Source of the DNA: Folioceros fuciformis
Lineage: Eukaryota
Direction: 5' to 3'
NCBI GenBank assembly: GCA_049999805.1
Contig: JBNGIO010005751.1
Location: 1-46,201 of the forward strand
DNA: 46,201 nt
Shown: one piece after another, positions 1 to 11,162 of the stretch
Position numbering within the stretch: position 1 is the stretch's first letter
Layout: every line of letters begins with the position of its first letter
Made by a program: the position numbers and the translations under genes
Notes under the pieces: generated by a model
Databases searched by the model: none
What the model was told of the DNA's origin: nothing
The model's input: only the letters and a program-made list of their open reading frames with translations

Positions 1-96
1 TCTTAGAAACCCTAGGCCCATACCCCTAAAGAGCACCTCTTAGAAACACTAGGCCCATACCCCTAAAGAGCACCTCTTAGAAACCCTAGGCCCATA
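1..96. repeat. 37-bp tandem repeat, about 2.6 copies (may continue left of the window)
   Basis: tcttagaaaccctaggcccatacccctaaagagcacc starts at 1, 38 and 75 with one mismatch. Confidence 0.95.
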
Positions 97-130
97 GCCG
101 CACAATGGTATATCAAAGTTGCACACACAC

Positions 131-270
131 CTATGCCATACTACCACCCTACGCTCCACATTCATCACCACCGCCCTACTCTCCATCACACGTATGCCAT
201 ACCACCACCCTATGCTCCATGTTCATCACCACCGCCCTACTCTCCATCACCATTGCCCTACGCTCACCAT
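131..270. repeat. ~61-bp tandem duplication with extensin-like SPPPY coding potential
   Basis: tatgccatac..accctacgctcca..ttcatcaccaccgccctactctccatcac occurs twice; the copies read PPYAP-SSPPPYSPS in different frames. Confidence 0.75.
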
Positions 271-319
271 CGTTGTATATCAATAATTAGACCAATAATT
301 ATTCTCAACATCTTTTTGG

Positions 320-880
320 TCACCTTAATCTAACTTAAATGACTTTCTTCCTTTTCGTAACATCCCTTTAGTTACATTAGTATAACTTAACATCCTTTCG
401 ATCACCTTAATGTTACTTAAATGACTTTCCTCTATTCCTGTTTGTAACATCCCTTTAGTTTCCTTGGTATAACTTAATATCCTTTCAATCACCTTAATGT
501 TATTTAAATGACTTTTGTCTATTTGTAATATCACTCTAGATACCTAAGTACAACCTAAATAACACTCTAGTAAACACTCTGCAGGCAAGACCCAACCTAT
601 CCTAAGATTACTCTAGCCACTTCATTATACCTTAAATGACCAACACCTATCCCTGGCATCCTTATAACACTTCAGTCTACCTTACATAACCAATGCCTAT
701 CCTTGACATTCCTCTAGCCACTCCTATTCTACCTTAAATGACCAAGGACTATCCGGAACACCCTCTAACCGCTTCTATGTACCTTAACTAACCAACGCCT
801 ATCCTTGACATCCCTTTAGCCACTTCACTGTACCTTAGATGGCTATCATCCCTCTAGCCACTTCACTATACCTCAAATGA
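320..880. repeat. Degenerate minisatellite arrays (~85-bp units at 320-540; ~51-bp units at 590-880)
   Basis: Recurrent caccttaat..ttaaatgacttt..taacatccctttagtt and accaa.gcctatccttgacat.cctctagccacttc...taccttaaatg units. Confidence 0.8.
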
Positions 881-1212
881 TTGTCATTGTTGTCGTTTAT
901 GAACAGCGATTAGGATTGCATCAAGCGCACGACCGTGCTAGGAAAGATACACGATGCTAGAGTGCAAACAAGTGAACTAGCATTTAAGCGACGTTCGCGT
1001 GGTGTTCACGAGACATGGCAGTTACTAACGACTAACCGTTGTTCGTAGCCCTAGGATAGAATATGTATATATATATATTTAAATTTAACCTAACTACATA
1101 GCCTAATTAGGTAAAGCGAACATCCTTCCAACAATTGTTCTAGCCACTTCATTGTATTTTAAATGACTTTCATCCCCCCTAGCCACTTCACTACAGCTTA
1201 AATGATTAACTT

Positions 1213-1680
1213 GTGAAGAATGTTACTAGTAGGACCAACCTTGCATAATTATTTAATGTTCATATCTATCTAGTGAATAATGTTATTGGTAGAGCCAACC
1301 TTGTATATCATTGTTAGTAGGGCTAACCTTGCATAACTATTTAATGTTTATTTCCATCTAGTGAATAATGTTGTTGGTAGGGCCAACCTTGCATAACTAG
1401 TTGATGTTCACCTCTACTACTAAATAATACTACGATGTAGGTAGGGCCAACCTTGCATAGCTAATTAATGTTTACTTCTATCCAATGACTAATATTGTTG
1501 GTAAAGCTACCAATGCCTATCCTGACATTTCTTTGGCCACCTCACTTAGATTGTCTAATGACGAATGTGCCAATAAGGTTCACCTTACATGGTTGTTTCA
1601 CCTTCAGCCCTAACATCCAATAATTGTTCAATGAAGAATGTGTTTGTAGGGCTTACCTTGCATAGCTGTTTAATCTTCAG
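1213..1680. repeat. Degenerate ~59-bp minisatellite
   Basis: About 6 variants of gaataatgttgttggtagggccaaccttgcataactatttaatgtt. Confidence 0.8.
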
Positions 1681-2367
1681 CCCTCGTATCTAGATCTTGA
1701 CAAATAATTTTTAGTAGAGGGATTTAGCTATTTTTTAATTTCTCAACACATTTCTATACTTCAATATTTAATAGACCCTTTTAGTCAAAATTTGGAGGCC
1801 TCAAATTATTTTGTTTTAAAATATATATTTTAATATATAAATAAAAAATTAGAATATTTATTAGTATAAGAGAATATTTATTTTTAGTATAAGGAGGATT
1901 TTTTTTATTTTTGTAAAAAATAATCTAAAGGATATTTTTCTTAAAAAATGGTTTTCTTGTTCTAGAAGGCTTAAAGTCATTTGAAAAATGTCCCTTTCTT
2001 CTAAGGGTTGGGTAAGAAAAAGAGGTGTTCCTAAGGTCTACCTCGCATATCCTCTTCTTTCTAAGTTGTCATTCTAACCCCAAGTGCTTTCCACATTGTC
2101 ACCCTAACCCCGCAGTTGCCGCCTACCTTGTCAGCTACCCTAACCCTAATCCTACAAGTATATAAGTGGGAGTCCGTTCCCCCTACAGCATAGTTCTCAT
2201 TTGTGTTCTTCTTGTTGTGGTCGTTGTTTTACCCACTTCTTCAGGGTTGCATTGCTCTTGTACTCTTGGTCGTTTGTTCTTTGCCTAGTTTTCTAGATTG
2301 AGTTCTCTTTGCTTACCTTTTTGTTGGTTGGCATTTTCATTTGCAGGTTTGCAATACGAGTAGTGCT

Positions 2368-2590
2368 TATGGTTCTTCAGTCGGACACTTCTTAAGAAGT
2401 AGTGTGTCTAGTTCTTCGGAGTAGCACGTTTGGTTCTTCGGAGTAGCGTGTTTGGTTCTTCAGAGGGACACTTCTTCAAAAGTGGACACTTCTTCAAAAG
2501 TAACGAGTCTGGTACTTCAGTGGGATGGTTCTTCAATCATACTTCAATCATACTATTCTTCAAAAGTAGAGTGTAGGGTTTTTCAGTGCC
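2368..2590. repeat. Short degenerate GTTCTTC/ACTTCTTC-core repeats
   Basis: gttcttcggagtagc twice, ggacacttcttcaaaagt twice, cttcaatcata twice. Confidence 0.7.
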
Positions 2591-5500
2591 AGTCATTGTT
2601 TGTGAGGAACATCTTCCGCCTACACCAACGTGTTCAGCATCTTCCTCTGCCTAGACCAACATGACGTTCTAGCCTGTTCAAGCCTTCTCTGTGTCATCAA
2701 TCAATTTGATTTTGGATTACATCTTGGTGTTGGAAGAAGATGTTACTTACATACAAGGACTGCACACTTGGAACTTCACGTGCTGCATCTATTGCTAACT
2801 AGCTGTGGGAATATGATATAGATAGAGCTTATGGAAAAGGATGAAGATAGCTGATTATTTGTGAGTTGTATCTATTGCCAACTAGCTTGGGTGAGAGAAT
2901 GTAGACTGTGGTGTTATACGCTTCACATGGTAAACACTGTTCGTAATTGAGTTGTAGTGAAGCAACCACTTGGTTGCTATCTGCCCTCTGTTGTTCCGCT
3001 TCCTCCGGCTGCTCGACGTTGTGCTTTGTGGTCTGCGGCTAATCCATCTATGTTTTCTCTTCTCCTGCTGGTTCATACTCGCTTTGCTTCGTTGCTTTCT
3101 CGTCACTCGTCCGCAATGTGCTTCCTCGTCCCCCGCCGACACATCTTCATGCACAGTGTGCTTTGTCGTCTTCTGCAGATCTATTTGCGCTTTGTTTCCT
3201 CGCTCCTTGCCGATCAACTATCGAGTTTGATTTTGGGACGATTGGGGTGTAAACTGAATTCGGAGTTCGTAGTGCCCCCGCTAGCCCTGCTTAACATGGA
3301 ACGCCCGACATGTCGTGGAAGGCGAGGCACAAATGTGACGCGAACGACCAATCGGACAAATCTTCCAGGCCCCCTGTTGTCGTGATCCGCGGGAGGACCG
3401 ATGCGTGTGATCAGCGTTGGGTTGAAGTAGTGCTTGCGGCTGATATATTGTTTTTAGGGTTCGTCTCTAAGGAGCCAGGAAGCGGTTGCAGTTTCCTGGA
3501 AGGCCAGAACCAGGGCAAGGATTGGGAATTCCGGATGGCAGTGCCCCGGAGTTGGATTCTGGATGTGAGGATATTTAACGTTGATCGTCATTCTGGCAAT
3601 TTTTGGTGTGGAGAGCAATGGAGAATGGGGGATCTGGGCTGCTAGTTGATGACGCTGTGGAGCTACTTCTGACTCATCGTTGTGTGTGTTTAAACGTCTG
3701 ACAATTTGGAGGATTCGTATTCTGAGTGGCTGCATTTGCCCCAGATGTCTTCCCCCTTTTCTGCGGAAGGGCTGGATTGTTTCAGCAAGCTGGATGTCAT
3801 CAAGGGTCCGAAGATGCGGCGAAGAGAGCTGCTCGTGCCTTGGGAGGGTTGTTTGAGTATATTGGTTTCGTCGAACACCGTCTTGCAAATGGCAGGGGGC
3901 CGTTGATATAGCGGAGATATTGATAGGCAGGGGGCCGTTTGGGGTGGATTGTGTTGGAGACTTTCTTGCTGCTCAGCCTGGCCAAGCCCGAGGTTCATCT
4001 ATGCCTGAAGTCTGCGAACTAGGAAGGGGATGGGGACTGCCTATCTTCTCCGAAAGATGAGCCTGTCTCGGGTTAGACGGAAATGAGTTTGTCTCAGACC
4101 AAAGCCTTCCTTCCTGCATTGCGCAAACCTCACTGACCTGGAGTCACACCTGGCCGAAGTGACAGTCGCATCGGGGCTTCTTGTTCTTGCCCACTAGGCT
4201 GGGCTGCGAAGGCGTTCTCGAATGGAGGCCAGGAAGTGTCCTGAATTTGTTGCATGGCCAGGAGAGAAAATGGTCGTGAGCGTCTTTTGCACAGCGATAG
4301 GAGCTACGGAAGGGACTGGCAGGTTGTCGCCGTGACAGCAGATTCGAGGAGCTGCAGTGGCTGTGCGAGGGCAAGACATTTGCTTCGGTCCCTGTCAAGT
4401 TGGCCAGGGTGACTACATGGCAATTTTCCGTGAGGTAAGCAGAGAAAAATGTCATCTTAGAGAACAGTCTGCAGGGCCGTGATGGTATTTATGAAGAGAG
4501 TGTCTACACTGACTGGCAGGGATGCAAGCACATTTCTCACATTACGAAGGAAGATTGGAGCTTCAAACATGCAACAATTCCAGCACCGCTGTGGGCCAGA
4601 TATTCATGATCTTTGTGGATGAGATATCTATAGCTGTGATGTGATATCTGATGTGACATGTAAACGTTTGTGAATGAGATACCTCCGGCAAGCAGCCCAT
4701 CGACAGCTTTGGTAAGGAGTTACAGCATACACGTCAGTAGTAAAGCTTGGTATGCTGTCTGTGTCTGTATTGATCAAACAAGGCAAGGTTTCATCATTTG
4801 CAGGAATGCCGCTCCCTGTTCCAAGACCTGCTTTACATAGGTGTCCGCATCTACGTCCAACTTTGTTTGCGATGTCAAGGCTCGCTCCCCCTGCAACACT
4901 GCATCTCATTTACCTTGAGGTTGAGGCTGGACTGAAAGACACGCCAACAGCTTGACTATCCTGCTGGTCCGTTCGGTCATGGGTTTTCGTACGATCCGAA
5001 CATGGTGTTACTTGACTCTTGTAGAAACGATTCCTCAGTGTAGACATGAACCAGGCTGTTCTTTCTGCCCAGGAGGTTGGCACCACAGACATGACAGCTG
5101 GAGCTTGCTACAGGTAGCTAGCAGGATCCTCATACGTAGTCCACCGATTATCCTTCTCCTGGTATGCGCATATGAGCTTGTGTAGGTCCGACCGGTGTGC
5201 CACCGTTACTCGATCCAGCTGCGGATGCTCATTGTATGACGAAAAATCCGGCACTGAGGAAGTCAGGATGGTCGAAGGCGAAATTGCTTACTGAGCATGT
5301 AAAATTTGCATAGTGATCGCAGTAGCCTGCAGCATTTGGTTTGTGGGCAAAATCCAAGGAAGGCCACGCTGGGTTGCAACATGCACCTACACAGCCCAAT
5401 CCAATGAAAGTATTTGAGAAGCGCGATCCAGTGCAGCAATCAAGGTGAAGCGAGGCAGCAGGGTCTTCTTCCAAACATTCCATGTCCGATCCACGATGGC

Positions 5501-6040
5501 ATACTACACAAAAGAAGTGGAATCCCGCACAGACGCCAGGTGCACCGCAGTCTCTCCTACCAATTGGCATGCCTCGACCAGAATTTCCGTCCGTACAGAA
5601 CACTGCAGATTCGTATGATGGAGCATCGGACTCTGGTCGTGTTGAGGAAGAGAATGGAAGGCACGATCCGCCTGCTCTAGATTGGTGTGGCTAAGGGCAA
5701 CGGGGTCAAAGCAGCTGAATTTTCCGCCGGCTGCTAGCAGCTTCCGCTCGAAGTAGTGCTAAGGGCTGGCGGGATGGTTGCGGAGTTCTGGCAGGCTAGA
5801 GCATTGGATGCTTGCGTTAGCGGAATTGAGGTGGCCTTCCTGCAGCCCTCCAATGTCGAGTCCGGCCTGATGAGATTTGCTTGGCTCGGCCTCAAACTCT
5901 GCCTCAACCCCATCGCTACCCAGGCGCACTGCAATTCGTGGAAGATGCACGGGCGAAGCTGAAAATGAAAGTCTGAATGAAACAAATGAAGATGGTGGCG
6001 CCCTCTGAAACCCAGTAAGTCCCGTTACACCCGGACGGCG

Positions 6041-6048
6041 GAATATTC
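6041..6048 (+). promoter_or_regulatory. P1BS (PHR1-binding site, GNATATNC) upstream of PHF1
   Basis: Palindromic GAATATTC 188 bp upstream of the PHF1 ATG; PHF1 is a phosphate-starvation-induced, PHR1-regulated gene in angiosperms. Confidence 0.55.
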
Positions 6049-6228
6049 TTGTGGCTAATGCGATCCTGGCTCCCATCGTTACTATCTTCGGACAGACCCC
6101 TACATACAATGTGCTGTCCTGTACACCTTCAGCAAATTGTAGTGATGTGTTGCGTTAGGAGGTTAGGCAAATTGCTGTGACTTGTCGCAGGGAAAAGATC
6201 CGCCCACTCTCCATCTCCGTCACAGGGG

Positions 6229-8357
6229 ATGAAGAGGCGCTCCGCAGCTCAGGAGAAATTGGTGACGGATGGGGCGGTACCTGTATGCTGTGGTGGCTGG
6301 GTGACTCAAACCGGCGGACAGTCTCCTTTTCATGTGGTCTTTGGAAGAAGAGACGAATCGACAACCGGCGGAGCGTCCAGAAATTCGCTGGAAGTCGCTA
6401 GATATGACCCGAAGACGTCCGTCGTCTCGGATCCCGTGAGTGCCTTGGTCCGATCTGCATGCCGAGGTTTCAGTGGTTGTGGTACTGAGCTCAATCTTTG
6501 GCAGGTGTACGTGTGCCCAACGGGTGGAGGAAGTGTACTTGCGATAGCAGTTCATCCGAAGGGGGATGGAATCGTTTGTTCGTTTCAAGACAGCTGCAGG
6601 TGAGCCCTTCTCCTCTTGTCGAATGGGATAGTAAGGAATACGGTGTCCCGACCGTGCCGATGTGTGTGGCTTCGTAGTGTGTGAGGAAGGTGCAAGTGCT
6701 TGACTTTTGTGGCACGCTGGGTGCACAGGCTGTTTGAGATTGCAGTAGAGCGTGATGAGGTTGTGAACTCATCTGGGTCAGCGGGAAAGGAGTTACCTGA
6801 GCTTAACGGTGCAGGAGCTCAAAAGCTGCTTACCTTTAGCCCCGATGGGTCCATGCTTGCTGCAGGGACGGAGGTAAGCTCGGCTGTGCTCCTTGTTCCC
6901 TGGCTCTCTGGCACCATCATTCTTATATGATCCGATGAAGCAACGAAGGGATGGCATTGGCAAGCCCCTAATCACTGTCCCGTCTGCATCTCGCCTCCCT
7001 GGTTGCAGAAGGGGCACCTTCGTGTTTTCAACTGGCCAAGCATGACTGTCGTACTTGATGAGCCTGATACTGTCAAGCAAATACGAGACTTGGATATCAG
7101 GTTGTCGATCGACTTCAAACTGGATCTATGTCGTGATTTTCAACTGCAGATGGCCTTGCTGCAGTTACACTGACTCGTGTTCCTATTGGCAGCATGGATT
7201 CAGCTCGAGTTGCTTTGTCAGGTGGTGGTGTTTGCCAAGTCTGGAACCTTCATTCTGTTGCAAAGGAAGGCACTTTGTCGAATAAGGTAGCTGCTAGCTT
7301 TCTGCGCAAAGTTGCCGTCACAGTGATCACGGCTTGCCATGTCCAAGCCCTTCTTTGTGGCTAATGGTCTGTCTTGCGTTGGCACCTATAATATTGTGGT
7401 TGCTGATGTCGGAGGGTTTTATGGGTTTGCAGGGCGACACGCTTGACTGTTGTAGGTTTTCCAAAGGATCTAAGCAGCCTTTCCTTTTCGTTGCAGTCAA
7501 CCGAGGTGCATTTTAAATTTCTCATTTGTGGTGCCGCACTGATGCTAACACTCTATGTTATGCTTGCTTTTCTTCAAACAAAATGCTCAGCTGTGCCACA
7601 TGATCTCTATTCAGGAGGCAAGGGCTACATCGGTGTGTGGGTCATCAGTGAATGGGAAAAGTGCCTCGGGCTGAAGAAGGTTCAGCATACGTCTGTAACA
7701 TCGCTTGCTGTCACTCCGAATGGTAAACGTCTTGCTATGTAAGTGGTGTTGCTCAGGGTTTGTAGCCTTTAAGAGCCTTTCGAGAAGAAATGCGGGGATC
7801 GCTGTTCCAGCGGAGGTATCTTGACCCTTTTTTTCGTCGGGACATTACAGTGGAGGTTTACTTGGACAAATCACGATAGTTGACGTATTGAACATGGGCC
7901 TTGTGCACAAAGTTCAGACTGACCAGGCTGGGTCAATCACTTTCTTGGAGTTTTCTCGGAATGGCAGGTTCGAGTCCTGCTCCACTGACTTCAACACTGT
8001 TTGCTGCCCATGCACCGCACGTCATGTTAGATTAGTGCATCTCGACATTTCACACAGAGTCAAAATTTTAATTTCTCCTGGCAGAGAGTTGTTGTCTCTT
8101 TCCGACGACTCCACCTCAGAGGTCCTTCCGATCCACTTAGAGCGGGAGTGGAAAGGTTCGTTCCATTCTTTGTTTTGGTCACAGTCGGGAGCTGCTGTCT
8201 ATACTGTGTCTTAGTCTGACTCTTGTGAAACGTGCTTGTTACAGAGTGGGAGCTCTACACGATACTGGCTGCCTCTATACTTCTCTCTATTGTGGTTGCT
8301 TACTGGCTATATGTAATATCCGACAGCTTCTGGAATGTTCCACCTGGAAGAAGATAG
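6229..8357 (+). CDS. PHF1: SEC12-like WD40 ER protein, phosphate transporter traffic facilitator (about 376 aa, 10 exons)
   Basis: Exons 6229-6435, 6505-6599, 6729-6873, 7009-7100, 7193-7286, 7433-7505, 7615-7738, 7851-7967, 8085-8155, 8245-8357 join in frame via GT-AG introns. Motifs VCCGGW, AIAVHPKGD, FSPDGSMLA, LRVFNWPS, CRFSKGSKQPFLF and C-terminal EWKEW-TM-SDSFW match PHF1. Confidence 0.88.
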
Positions 8358-8733
8358 CAGCCATTCACGCTTCCAGTGGAGGCCGTTCTCTCTGCCCGGG
8401 AGATGGGATTCAACCCTTTGTAGTCTATTCTTATGTATCCCCTCCATTGCTGCTAGAAATTGTCTGGCAAATGGAGAAAAACAGTCTGTGGTTACATCTC
8501 TATGAACCGAGAAATCAGAGCTACAGGAATGTGTGCTCATCCTCTTCCACAGCCAGTGCTGAGTAATGTAACATCGATCGCTGAATTGGTTTCACCCACG
8601 CTTGTCCAACAGTGCAAAACCAAGGCAGCTCCAACCCCTTCCTCTGTAAGGGGCAATAGCATGGAAGTATCACAATTCAGGGTGTCCCTCTGCTCACCTA
8701 AAGGACGTTAGGCTACAATTCAACAGTGAAAAG

Positions 8734-9261
8734 CTATGACTCCGATTTGCATCTGGCGACCTCCTCTTCGTTGGAAAGCTTCCCCATGAGCCTCCCTGCA
8801 GAACATGCATATGCGCACATGAACCCTCCCAGCAATCCAATTAACCCTGTTGTGTACATAGAAGGCCCTCTCACAAAGCAACTCCCTCCTGCAAATCGAA
8901 ACTGGTGTGTCAGTCACACCAAAATGAAGATTTTTCCCAGCACCTCGCACCACATCCAAACAGGAGCTGCGTTGAGGCAATCCAAGCCGGCTAGCTTTCC
9001 AAAATTGTTGCAGAAGCACCGGTGCAACAGAAAACAGCAAAGCATCAAGCGTCCCACTTAAACCCTTGAACAGACGTCCGCCAGATGGCTGGAGCAATAG
9101 CCCATGGCAAGCAAGAAACCTGCAAGATAGGCAACAGGTACGGCGCTGGCAGTCACTCCAGACATCTTCACGTAGTCAGAAAAGCTGAAGTTGGAGATGG
9201 TGGTGGAGGCGGACGGATTGTGGTCAATCACAGGGAAGCGGGGCTCTCGCATCAGCACCAT
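8734..9261 (-). CDS. Mitochondrial complex I NUXM/20.9-kDa (MNLL-type) accessory subunit
   Basis: Exons 9261-9120 and 8888-8734 give EPRFPVIDHNPS..NFSFSDY..VAYLAG|GSCFVRGPSMYTTGLIGLLGGFMCAYACSAGRLMGKLSNEEEV, collinear with the plant subunit (YPVVDRNP..GPSM..GLIGLMGGFMYAY..SAGRLMG). An extra upstream exon is possible. Confidence 0.88.
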
Positions 9262-10042
9262 CTTCGCTGTCGTAGCCAGCGCTGTTTCGATTTCTTCCTT
9301 CCCCTTTCGTAACGCCGAACAACAACCTGCAGCCGAGTACGCCTACTATGCAAATGAGAAGGGACTGAGCCTGCCAAGGAAACAGTCAAATCCACTTTGC
9401 ATGTACTGTACAGCCTGTGCAGGTGGCGAGCGGCCGCCGTGCTTTACACCCTCGACACTCTCGGCTTGGTTTCCTTACGCCTCCGAAATGTTTTATCGTA
9501 ATGCCTGCATAGGTCACACCGTGATGGGGTACCATCCTACACCCCATGTTTGACGCGAGGGATGGTTGGGGCGCCATTGGATGGTAGGGTTTGGGCTGGC
9601 CAGGGACATCGGTTTGCTTGCAGAATCCTGAAGTGAAGTTTCAGCAGCTCTGAGCTAATGTTCTGGAAATTCACAATCCGGAGCAAGCTTGGGGGATAGC
9701 AGGAGTGTGCTCTGATTCATCGATGTCAGGAAATGGTGTTGCAAATCTTGTGCTAACCAGCAAAGGATTTGATGGATGAGCTTGCAAATATTATTGCAGG
9801 GCCGAATGTGTTGCTGCGTCACAGATTCCCTAAAGGCTGGTATGGCGGGACCAAGGAGCCGGAGTCTGCCGCGGAGGACACCTCGCTGCCCACTGGCCGA
9901 GTGACCTCATCAAGTAACGACGCCATTAAGTGGCCGCATTTATTTTTGAATTCCACAGTCAGCATATGTTCCTACAAATCGACAGCTGCAGAGATAAGCC
10001 CTGTCTGCATCAAGGACTTGGAATTCGGTCTCGTACATACAT

Positions 10043-11162
10043 TCACTTGAGCCAAGCAGCGATGCCCTCCACAGCCGGAGCAGAAACGCTCTTGACGGTG
10101 TTTTCGAAGAGGGCGGCCACAAAGATCTCGTTCGAGCAGCTGTGTGAAACGGTCGACCCGCCGGGAGGTGAAACCTGGTCCGGGCAAAGGCCACCTCGTC
10201 AGGCTCAGATGGCGCTCCTCGTTTCGAGAGCGAACTTCTCAAACGCGTTTGCAAACGAGGTACTTCCATTCATTACAGAGTGGGCAGACCGTGGGCTNNN
10301 NNNNNNNNNNNNNNNNNNNNNNNNNNNNNNNNNNNNNNNNNNNNNNNNNNNNNNNNNNNNNNNNNNNNNNNNNNNNNNNNNNNNNNNNNNNNNNNNNGAG
10401 TACAATACCGTGATCTTGACGACCGATGGAGTAGGGAAGGCGAAGACGATAGCGCTGATGTACTCGACGCTCTGGAAGAAAGCGACCAGGGCCCGAACCT
10501 CCTTCTCCTCAGCCTCTCCAAGTTTATTGTCCTTGGTGAGCTTCTGCTTGATGATCGGCTCCACCTTAGCCGCGAATCCCGACCCGGAGGTTTGCTCCAG
10601 AAGTGAGCCGATGCTAATGAACTTCTCCACAGGCGCTGTAGGTGGAGTGCAGGTTTAGATTGTGCTGCTTTCGGATTTTAACATTTGCGGTCTGACTCAA
10701 AGAGTAACTGAGGGAGCGAGGGGCCATGGCATTTGAGGACATATACCTTTGGACAGGGCTACGAAAAAGGTCTCGTCATTCAGGAGCTCCTCAGCGGATT
10801 TCCCTTTCCAAGCTTGTAGGTGCGAAACAACGTCGGCCTCGAAGTAGGCTCCTATCCGGGACACTTTCACAGGCAATCCCTGAATTTCCCTTTCTTGTTC
10901 ACCTGAGGGAAGAGACAGTGATGCTGTCAGATATTGCACTAATTGCACATGATGTGCAACCTGTGAATTGCAGGACAAGAAACTCCTGGCATTACCTTGG
11001 CCTGCTAACAAGAGAGTCTTGGACAGGCCAGGGGGAGCGGTGATGCTGTCGGGGAAGGTCTGGGCCACTGTAACAGTCAGACAACATCCAGCAATCCAAA
11101 CGTCAGGAAGAGTGCATGCGTTCCAGATATCAAATTGCACCGGACAGCTTCATGAACTTACT
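10043..11162 (-). CDS. Divergent chalcone isomerase-fold (CHIL-like) protein, about 195 aa, 5 exons
   Basis: Exons 11162 (A of ATG), 11067-10996, 10902-10747, 10635-10409, 10174-10043. Protein MAQTFPDSITAPPGLSKTLLLAGQGEQEREIQGLPVKVSRIGAYFE..SHLQAWKGKSAEEL..FFVALSKAPVEKFI..FFQS..NEIFVAALFE aligns by eye to CHI/CHIL. The last intron spans the N gap. Confidence 0.82.
10298..10397. other. Assembly gap (100 N)
   Basis: Exactly 100 Ns, inside the predicted last intron of the CHI-fold gene. Confidence 0.99.

Noticed and set aside
325..534. 69-aa repetitive ORF
   Set aside because: Translation of the minisatellite.
10043..10174. Profilin-like C-terminal peptide
   Set aside because: Better explained as the last exon of the CHI-fold gene.
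9930..10658. 242-aa and other ORFs crossing the N run
   Set aside because: Artefacts of translating Ns; the plus-strand ones are antisense to the CHI-fold gene.
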